DNA of 63,813 nt, the filler included, from Welwitschia mirabilis (taxonomy: Eukaryota): assembly GCA_051453625.1 (NCBI GenBank). It is 6 parts of one record of this genome, joined end to end, with 100 filler letters (N's around TTAATTAATTAA, not from the genome) between each part and the next. Parts side by side here need not be neighbours in the genome. Positions count along the whole stretch, not along the records: positions 26,220 to 50,219 come from JBOZIK010000001.1; 5 more parts are not named here. One strand, written 5' to 3'. The translations under genes and the position numbers were made by a program. This document shows positions 39,630-50,020 of this stretch, piece after piece. Position 1 is the stretch's first letter. Every line of letters begins with the position of its first letter. The notes under the pieces were generated by a model. The model had not been told where the DNA came from, ran no database searches, and saw nothing but the letters and a program-made list of their open reading frames with translations.

Positions 39630-42061
39630 TACCACTCCAGTTAGCCTTTGTCAGTCCCTAACAAAAACTAGTGAAAAATCATAATTGTGAGCTAATTTAT
39701 TTTTCAAAAGCTAAATGTAAAATTATAAAACACACTCATAAAACACATCACATAGATAAATAATAGTTAATGCATAATGTGTATAAAAATTTTGAAAATA
39801 TTGTCTCATGAAAGATTCGCATTAAGTTAAAAATTTTTGAAAATGAACCATGAAAATGGGTCTCTACTCCTTCTAAAGAAAAAACAATATCTTGTATTGG
39901 AAAATAAAGAAAGTAGATGTGAGTGAGAAGGTATGTAAAAGAGGAGAACTTCCTAAAATGAAATGTAAAGCTGAGTAATGTTAGATTTGAAAGATATAGA
40001 CCTATGAAATATTCTAATAAGTAAATAAAAACTTTCAGTCCCAAAAATAAGTAAGAGCAGTGCTTACACCACCAAAAATAAAATCTATTACAAAAACTCA
40101 ACTAAGCAAGAAATCAATTTTTATTGAAAACCAATTAATAAAAATATGATGATAATAAAATATAGTAATGACTTTAAAATAGCTAACCAAATCATAGAAG
40201 AAAACAAGAAGAATGAGCATAAGATAATATAAATAAAAGATAACTTACCTATCTGACATTTTAACCTAGTAGACTCCAATCATAACATTACTTGATGTAA
40301 AAATGCATTAATTGATGTATGAAAAATTCCATTCAATAAGGCATTGGTTATGATGATGCTAAAGATAAAATGAATGACCAAATCGAAAAATTACTAAAAA
40401 ATGAACTTCCCTGTCATAATCTAAAAACAAACACCCAAATCTCAAAAAATGAAATGAGCATGTGGAATAGACTAAAAGTCTAGGAAATAAGCAATGGATC
40501 TGATGATACCAAGAACAGCACTAATTTCATACCCTTAAAGTTTTTATTACAACTTTATTATCCATGATGAGGGGAGTATAACCACCATCAGAGAAGTAAG
40601 GATCTGTGAAGCATGGCTAACTACCTCCCAGTGGAGTTTCCATATCTACCATATTACACTCTCAAAGGATCTTTTTAAAAATATTTACCCCAGTGTACTT
40701 ATAATAGTACATCATGGTGATCATGTCTTTAAAATGTTATAAATAAAACATCATGTCCTTATTTCACTTTTTTTTTTTTTTTAATATAACAAAGTTTTCA
40801 CATGACCAAACATTCCAAAATATAATGGTAAAAGTCATAAGATAAAAATAAAAAAGAACACTCTTAAATAGTCTAAGATCTTTTTGCCATTAAAAAAAAT
40901 AAGCATCTTCCTTCAAACTAAAGTTTATGGACATGTGAATGTCCTAGGATTGGATGAATCCAATCTTACTACTGAAATAACCAAATCAAAAGACTAGTTA
41001 TGGAGATAACTACATAAGTTAAGTTTGAAAAATGATCAAGTAATGCCATAATAACTTTCAAAAGAAAAANNNNNNNNNNNNNNNNNNNNGGTTTTCTCAT
41101 GAAATTTCAAATTTTGTTCATTTGCTTCTTAAAATTCTTAAGTAGTAAAGTCTGACATCTTAACAGAGACATAAAAATGTATTTTCTTAAAATAATAGAA
41201 AACAAAAATCATTTATTTATTAACTATCATCCTTCTTATCATTGAGATGACATAGAGGATGACAGGAATAGAAAAGCAAAATATAAAAATATTAGAAAAC
41301 ATAGAATTTTATCAAAAAGAAAAAAATTATCAAAACTAACTGTCGTTCTATCTACCATGGGGACGATAGTGGAGACAACATATTATTATTATTAAAAAAA
41401 AAATAAACTACAAATAGAAACAAAAACTAAAAGCAGCAAAATGAAAACAAAGACTAACGAAATAGAAAGCTAAAAGAAAATTATAAGGCAAGAAAATTTT
41501 ATTCAATTCCTAAATATATCTTATACTTTTATTAAAAAAAAGAAGAAGGGAAAGTTAAGGATCTATTTCAATCTTAAAATGTTCAAAGAAATAACATCCA
41601 GATCAAAAATTTATTAATTAATAAAACATAAGAGATGTATAATTATTTTTAGGTAAAATTAATTACATAAAGAGAGGAGTAATGGATAACACTCTATGAG
41701 ACCACATTAAAGCATAAATTTTGGAAATTAAAGGGGAGAGTAATCATAACTCTAGTCAAAGATTTTCATTGAATGTAAGAGTTTTATTTTGAATATTATG
41801 AAAAAAATTATATTCAAGTCCTTTAAAAATATTCAAATTCAAACTAAAATTATGATTTTCAATATCTTCATTTAATGAATAATCTCCATCAAGTTATGAA
41901 TTAAAAAGTTGGACTTCCTTACATACTTAAGGTTCTTTCTCACTTTCAAAGTTGGATGTATTAATGGTTTCTTCAATTTTAAGTTGGTCATCATAAAGAA
42001 TAGACTCATGTGATTTCATATCTCTTTCTTCAAATGAGGGACATTGTAAAACTAAAGTGGG

Positions 42062-42500
42062 TTAGATGTTATCTTCAATGTTCATATCATCACCTAAATA
42101 TTTCTCAGCTTTATTAAAGACTCTAATTATAAACATTCTATTTCTAAAATTACATTTTATTATTCTTACTTTTGTATCAATGATGCAATGGGCTATTTCA
42201 CAAAAAGCTCTTCCTAGAAGTAAAGGATATCCTCTATTATGCTTAAATTCTATGATAATCACATCTATTAGATAGTAAGCCTCTTTAATTTATATTGTCA
42301 AATATTTAATGACACTTAATAGTTTTTAATTAAAGTGTTAGCTAATTCTAAGATAATCGAAGTAGCTAAGTCTCTTACAAATGTGAAATAGCATAACGTT
42401 AATACTTGTTCCAATGTCTATTAAGGATTTTTTGATCTTTTTATTTCCTTCTAAAGTAATATTCACCATAGCTACTATTGGATCTTTAAATTTGGATGAT
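42062..42500 (-). pseudogene. pol: Aspartic protease remnant
   Basis: LIDIGTSINVM at ~42392-42424, then IIIEFKHNRGYPLLLGRAF (ORF 42062-42262). Confidence 0.85.
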
Positions 42501-43749
42501 TTTCATAACACTAAATTTGTGAGGGATTAGGCTAAAGAGACTTTGTTAGGGATGGCTTATTTTTATTTTCTTCTTATTAAGTGTTTCCATAATTTTTAGT
42601 ACCCCAAATTTTATTGCAAAAATTTCCAAAAGGATAAGTTTATACTCATATTTTTCATCAAGGTTTTAAGATGCTCATTAAACATTAAGTTATTATTAGG
42701 TCTATCAAGCCAAGAGGTGGTTTGTTAAGANNNNNNNNNNNNNNNNNNNNNNNNNNNNNNNNNNNNNNNNNNNNNNNNNNNNNNNNNNNNNNNNNNNNNN
42801 NNNNNNNNNNNNNNNNNNNNNNNNNNNNNNATCAAGGTTTTAAGATGCTCATTAAACATTAAGTTATTGTTAGGTCTATCAAGCCAAGAGGTGATTTGTT
42901 AAGAAGGATTTTTATTTTTCCTTTTTCTAAGAGAAAGGAAGTTGTAATATTCTACTATTTCAATGTACTCTTCCTCATTTTCTTCATCATTTCTAAAAAT
43001 TTTTTAACAGGTGAAAGGTTTATTTAAAGGAGGATTTATTTATTATCCACTTCTTTTCATAATCTTACAATCTTTTCTTAGTTCATTTGGATTTGTTAAA
43101 GATTGTGTAGCTAATGTTTCTTAAGAACTTTGAATTACCAACATGGTTTGTTGAATTATGTTTACTAAGTTTTCAATGTTGGTATTTTATTTTTTAAAAT
43201 TTATCATTTGATTTTCTAATTTCATCTATAAGGCTTATGAGTTAATAATTTGGATGTTGAAAATTTTATGGTCCTAGTTGGTAGTTCGTGTTTTTGAATT
43301 AGTTTCTAAAAGATTAAGAATTATTTTGAAATTGAGTATTCAATCTAGGTTGTACTTGATTTTGATCTTCACATATTTTTTCTTTGTATGTTAGAAAAAG
43401 AGGATAGTTTTTGATTTTATGATAATTATCCTTATATAAATTACAAATTTTTACAACATGTCTTTCAATTATGGATTTGGAATCTATGATCATTTCTGCA
43501 TACTTCTCCAAAGTCGTTGTAAAATTTCTCATGGATTTTGTAGGATTGAGTTCTATCTTTTTTATTATTTAACCTCTTTTAAGTCTTTGATGAATTGGCC
43601 TATAGTTGGATTTTTTTTNNNNNNNNNNNNNNNNNNNNNNNNNNNNNNNNNNNNNNNNNNNNNNNNNNNNNNNNNNNNNNNNNNNNNNNNNNNNNNNNNN
43701 NNNNNNNNNNNNNNNNNNCTATAGTTGTATTTTTTTTTTTTTGAAGTTG

Positions 43750-44400
43750 ATTAAGTTTGACTAACCTTCACAAGTTTTTTTTAATTTTGTCTAGGCATCA
43801 TCTAATGTAAGGTTCATGAGGTTTCCTATATAAGAAAAATCTACAAGTTGTTTCGTGTATAGTGTTAGCCCACTATAAAAGTAGTCTATTAGTTTTATTA
43901 GTGAAAAAGAATCTACTGGATTAGAATGATAGGCTATAAAGAAATGCTCATATGTGAAGGCATAGTCTTAATTTGGTTTTTATTGAAAGTTTGTGAACTC
44001 CTTTTTTTCTTTTTCTCATGATTTCTTTAATCATAGATCTCTTCACAAAGGGTTCTTAGACTTAATCCCATGTTTTTAAACTTTTTTAGGGAATATTTTT
44101 TAGCTAAAGTCTTGCTCTACCCATTAAAATTATGAAAAATATTATCATGTATGTTCTATCATTAATTTTTTTCTTTCCATTCCCTAATGTAAGAATTATT
44201 TTTTCAATTCTGTAATATGTTGAAAGAAATCCTCATCATTTTCTTTATTAAAAGTTGGATAGGCATTTAGATTTTTAAGTTCAACATCATCTCCTAGGGA
44301 TAGGTTAAAAGATATTTGAATCTCATTTTTCTTGTTGGATAACAATTATCTAAGGGTAAGGTTTACATTAGGGGTAGAAGATCTTATGACATATTTTTGC
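43750..44400 (-). pseudogene. gag: Athila gag (retrotransposon gag domain) remnant
   Basis: SFNLSLGDDVELKNLNAYPTFNKENDEDFFQHI is homologous to the gag at 51066-51623. Confidence 0.8.
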
Positions 44401-45106
44401 TTATGGAAGGCACTTAATATTATGAGCTAGTTTTCTCCTTCTATATGGTTTTCGTTAAAAAAATTAGATTCAAAAAAATAAATTTTGAAGGAGGAATAAG
44501 TGCATCTAGAGATTGCTTTTCTAATTCATTTTCTATATCTACCATTTCTTCTTTAATGTTGTTCTCTATCAGCAGCCTTTCTTTTTAATATTTCATATCT
44601 ATGTTGATCATGTCACAGCATCTTGTAAATAATAAATAATAGAAAACAATATAAAAAATAATAGACCTTCATTCTGTCTATCATGAGGACAACAGTAGAG
44701 ATGACACATACAAAAAACTAGAAAAATAAAAATAGAACAACAATCAAAACAGAAAAAAAAAAGTAGAAAATAGGACTATCATTCACCTAGCCATCTAGAT
44801 GTCATAGGAGATGAAAGAGGCTAATTTTATTATATAAAATTAAAATCAAAAAATAGAACTAGGTACAAAAATTTACAGACTATCTTCTTGGCTATTGTGG
44901 GAATGATAGAGGAGATGACCACTATTTTTCTATAGAAAACTAAATCTAAAAATCCAAAGCTTAAAAAATGCACACAGAAAAGATACAGTTACTAATAAAA
45001 TACAATGTTACTATAGATAAAGAACTAAATAGAGGTCTGATATACTCAACTAAATGATAACAACCTTTGTAATCCTAAATGGCCTTCCCCAGTAATGGCA
45101 CTAATT

Positions 45107-46193
45107 TATTCCTATGTCTATTTGTGCAAGTGCTTAAGTTCAAAAGGATTCTATCCTTCATAAAATAAATAGATATCTCACATAATACAACACACTAGTA
45201 TAAGTAAGAGTAGACCTAAAATGTCATATTTACATTAAATACTATGAGATGAGACTTGAATTACTTTACAAAAAAATAGAAGGAACTAGAAATAAATAGT
45301 AAATTCAAGGAAATAAATTACAATGCAAAATGCAAAATGCAACTAATCTAGATGAAATGCAAAATGAAACTAATACTACTTGCTTTTAGCCTTAACAAAG
45401 GATATCCTTAATAATCTATATTACCTAAGAGATTGTCACCAGATTAAGGGCAAAATCAGCTATAAGAATCATTAGAAAATATACAATGTAATGCAAACAT
45501 AAAAATAAAATGAAGTTTATATTAAGAATGAGTAACAAGAATCTGGGTTACAAAATAGCTAAGTCTCATAGAGGATACATAGCCCTCTACTAAGTGAACG
45601 TCTTTTTGCAACACTCAATATGGATCTGTCACCCTTTGATCTCTTATTATGAGAATTTTTGGTGCAATGAATATAATAATGAGAGTTAAAGGAGGACTTA
45701 TTTATAATAACTTAAATCAGAAAATGACAAATAGAAGGTGCAGTAAGACATACTCTTTTGCATAAATTAAATGGATAAAATAGTTAAAGGTTACTTTCAG
45801 AGTTGATTACATATCAATGTTATCTAAAAGACAAGAGAAATGATAACTCATTACAGAAGATAACTTAGAATGATAACTTAGCAATGATTCGGTAGTCCAC
45901 GTCAACAACTAATTTTGTTATCATCATGCCGTCGTGAAAATGATAAAGGAGTTGATGGTCTTCTTTAATCATATTTTTAAAAAGAAACTTAGTATTTTTA
46001 TTAGTAATCCTTCTCCAAAGATTTATGTATCAGAATGTATCTTTAACAAATCAAATCTGGGTAAGAAATGTGTATTTTTAAGATTTCCTAGTCTATGTCC
46101 AAAATCCTCAGAATTGCACCTCAACCTATGTAAAATTCCTATAAAACATCTTATAAAAGCCCATCAAATAATAACAAATTTGGTAGTGTAACA
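45107..46193 (-). repeat. 5' LTR
   Basis: Colinear with 38548-39629. Adjacent to the PBS. Right terminus GTGTAACA is followed by the TSD CTCAT. Confidence 0.88.
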
Positions 46194-46284
46194 CTCATAC
46201 TTTTTACAATGTTTTAGTTCCTTATAATTTTATGGAATGAATTTTCTATTGATCACCAAATGAGGTAGTGGAAAGTAAGAACCC

Positions 46285-49200
46285 TATTATAGTGTGTATT
46301 TGTGCAAGTATTTATATTCAAAGAGATTCTATCATTCATAAAATAAGACAGATTTCTCACACAATACAATACACTAGTATGAGTAGGAGTTAAACCAAAA
46401 TGTTATATTCTCATTGAAGATTATGAGATGAGACTTAATTTGCTTTTTGCAAAGAAAATGGGAATCAAGAATAAAGAACAATGTAGGAAAATCAATATGC
46501 AATGCGAATGAAAATGCAATTTAATCTAAATGAAAATGCAAATGATCTTAAGCTACTTTCTTTTAGCCTTAATAAAGACTACCCTTGATGACCTATATCA
46601 TCCAAGAAATTGTTACCAAATCAAGGGAAATCATAAATCATAAGAATTACCAAACAATCTAATATGCAACTAAAAAAAAAAAAGGTTTTGTATTAAGAAG
46701 AGTAACAAGAATTTGGGTTACAAAATAGTCAGGCTTCAATGAAAGACACATAGCCCTCCACAAAAGAAATGTCTTTCTGCAACACTCAAGATGGATCTTC
46801 TACCCTTTAATCTCTAATCATGAGAATTTCTAGTGCAACTAAAATAAGATGGAGAGTTAAAGGGGAACTTATTTATAACAAGATACAACAAAAAATGATA
46901 GAATAAGATGCTCCAAAAATGCATTCTTTTATAAATAATAAATGGATGAAATGGTTAAGGATCAACTATTAGATTTAGTTACATGTCAGTATCATCCTGA
47001 CTATCATCTGAATGACATGAGAAATGATAGCTCATTATAAAAGGTAACTCAGAATGATGACTCAATAGCGATTCAGCCATCCACATCAACAACTAATAGC
47101 AACTTTATTTTGCTTGTCATGGAGATGACAAATGGGATGACTATATTCTTTAATCATTTTTCAAAGAAAAAACTAGCCTTTCTATTAATAATATTTTTCC
47201 AAGGCTCTGTGTACTAGAATATGCCTTAAATGCATTAAATCTAGGTAATAATTGCATATTTTTGAGATCTTATATTAATTCTCTGAAATCCTCATGTTTG
47301 CACATAAACCTATTTAAATGTCTTACAAAATAGCTCATAAAACCCCATTAAATAGCTAGAAATTAGTATTGCAACATAGCCCTTCATGTAGCCTTTGTCA
47401 GTTCTTGACAAAAACCAAGCAAAAAACCATAATTATGAGTCAATTTATCTTGCAAAAACTCAATCTAGAAATTTTAAAATAGGCTCATAATATACATCTC
47501 ATAATAAAATAACATGTAATGCATAATGTGTATAAAAATTTTAAAATTTGTGTCATAAAATATCTAAAATATCTCAAAAATTTATCAAAATAAGCCATGA
47601 AAATGGGTCTTATCGACCCCCCCCCCCCCCCAAAAGAAAAGTAATGTATCCCCTATTGAAAAAATAAAGAAAAGAAAGTAGACAGGAGTGAGAAGGCATA
47701 TGACGGGTAATTAAAATTGGACATAATTTGAAATGAAATGCAATGCCAAGTAAAGAAATATCAGATTTGAAAAATATATATGTATAAAATAGTCTAACAA
47801 GTAAAGAAAAATTTCCATCATAAAATAATTATGAGTTGCATTAGGAAACTCCAAAATAATTAAAAGTAAACATTACATAAATATTTATTCAAGTAAGAAA
47901 TTAATTATTTATTGAAAACTGAGTAAGAAAAGCATAAAATGATAAGAAAATACAATAAAAGGTTTGAAACAACTAACCTAACAATAAAAGGAAATAGAAA
48001 GAATGGAAATGAGATAACATAAAAAAGATAGCTTACTTATCTGACATTTTAACCTAGAAGACATCCATGAAAGAATGATAACATTACTTGATTTTAAAAA
48101 GCATGACATAATGTATAAAAAATTCTATTTTATAAGGAAATGGTTATGATGATGATAAAATGAAATGCTTTAAACAATGACTAGACTAAAGAATTTCTCA
48201 AAAATGAACTTACTTGTTAACATCTCAAAACAAAAACCAAAATCTTAAGAAATGAAATTATTATGTGGAAGGAATAAGAGTATAGGAAATAAGTAATACC
48301 TCTGATGATACCAGAGATACCATTAATCCCTTAGCCTTCTAATTCTTATTTTATTTCTATGATGAGGGGAGTGCAGCCACCATCAAAGAAGTAAGAACTT
48401 GTGAAGCATGGCCAAATGACCTCCCAGTGGAGTTTTCATAGCTATTATATTATACTGCTAAAGTCTCCTATTAGAAATATTTACCCCCATGTACTTATGG
48501 TAGGAAATCATGGTGACTATGTTTTTGAAATATCTCAAATAAAACATCATAACCTTATTGAACTTTTTTTTAAATAAATACATTCCACATAACCAAACAT
48601 TCAAAAAGACAAAGGTGAAGTTTGAAGACGAAAATAGAAAAGAACACTCTTAAATAATCTAAGACCTTTTCACCATTAAGAAAAACATCAATAATAAAGC
48701 ATCTTCCTTTAATCTAAAGTTCATAGACATGTGAATGTCTTAATATTAGATGAATCCAATCTTACCACTAAACAGCCCAAGTTAAAAGACTAGTCATAAA
48801 AATAAATACATAAATCATGTTTGAAAGATGATTAAGTAATGCCATAATAACCTCTAAAGGAAAAATCTAACAAAAAATTTAAATGGTTTACTTTTGTAAT
48901 TCCAAACTTTGTCCATAATCTTTCTAAAATTCTAAAGTAGTCAAGTTAGAAATCTTAACAGAGCCATCAAAATGTATTTTCTTCAAAATAATAGAAAAAT
49001 AAATGATTATTAGTAGACTGTCATCCTATTCATCATTTAGATAACAGAAAGAACAATAGAGATAGAATATAGAAACAGAAAGTGAAAATCTAGCCAAAAA
49101 AAATAGTAAAAATAGAGAACAGAGACTATCATCCTGACTATCATGGGGATGATAGAAGGGATGATACACATAGAAAATTAAAACAAAAAGCTAAATAGAA

Positions 49201-50020
49201 AATTAGAGATCAAATTAAAAACTAGGAGGAAAACATTAAAAATAGCAAATTTTATTCAAATTCTAAAATCTACTAAATACTTTTATTAAAAAGAAAAGAA
49301 AAAGGAAAGGAATTTGTTTTGATGGTCTATTAATTATTCATGTTTTTAGAGAAGTAAGATCCAAATTAAAAGTTTATCAATTAAAAAAACATAAAAGGTG
49401 TATAATTATTTTCAAGTGAAATCAATTGAGTGAAGAGAGGATAAATGGATAAAACTTTAAGATACCACATGAAAGCATAAATTTTGGACATCAAAGGGAA
49501 GAGTGATGGTGGTTTTTGTAAAAGATATTCATTGATTACAAAAGTTTTATCACAAAGAAATTTATATTCAAGTCCATTAGAAAGGTTTTTAAGATTCAAA
49601 TTTAAATTATGATTTTAATTTTAACTCATGTAAAGAAATATCTCTCTTAAGATGTGAGTTTAAAAGTTGGACTTCTTTACAATCTAAATGTTTCATTTCT
49701 TCTTTATTTTCAATCTCAAGTGGATCATCATAAAGTATAGATTCATGTAATTTCATCTCTTCTTTTTTAAGTGGATGATGTTACAAGAATAAAGTTGGTT
49801 TTATGTTACTTTTAATATTTAAATAATCATCAGCTAAATCTTTTTTAGTTGCATTAAAGACTCTAATTTTAAACTTTCTATTTCCAAAGTGACATTTCAT
49901 TATTTTAGCTCTTGTGTCAATGATGCAGTGGGCTGTTGCATAAAAGGCTTATCCTAGAAGTAAAGGGTATCCTCTATTAGGTTTAAATTCTATAATAATC
50001 ACATCTATTGGGTAGCAAGC
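46285..50020 (-). mobile_element. 3' half of a further gag+protease-type Athila copy (3' LTR 46285-47376), interrupted in the protease at 50020
   Basis: The LTR is homologous to 38548-39629. The internal region is colinear with 39630-42280. Protease ACYPIDVIIIEFKPNRGYPLLLG at ~49955-50020. Confidence 0.85.

Larger units (their letters stand above)
38548..46193 (-). mobile_element. Structurally complete non-autonomous Athila element with gag + protease only (TR-GAG-like)
   Basis: LTRs at 38548-39629 and 45107-46193. Perfect TSD CTCAT (38543-38547, 46194-46198). PBS-like sequence (minus strand) TAGTGCCATTACTGGGGA at ~45086-45103. Gag and protease remnants, but no RT/RH/INT. Confidence 0.9.

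Noticed and set aside
40560..40660. Hammerhead-ribozyme (retrozyme)-like reading of the 3' module: GAAAC...GUC/GUA followed by CUGAUG
   Set aside because: Across the seven copies the consensus is GGRAA and CUGAYGG, not GAAA and CUGANGA. The A-rich variants are explained by G>A decay, and stem I is unconvincing.
4885..43740. Near-identical direct repeats flanking N gaps (4885-4944/5045-5104, 14181-14281/14549-14650, 28780-28888/29354-29465, 33790-33864/33965-34038, 42657-42730/42831-42903, 43600-43618/43719-43740)
   Set aside because: This is the pattern expected from unmerged overlapping contig ends, so it cannot be taken as true tandem duplication.
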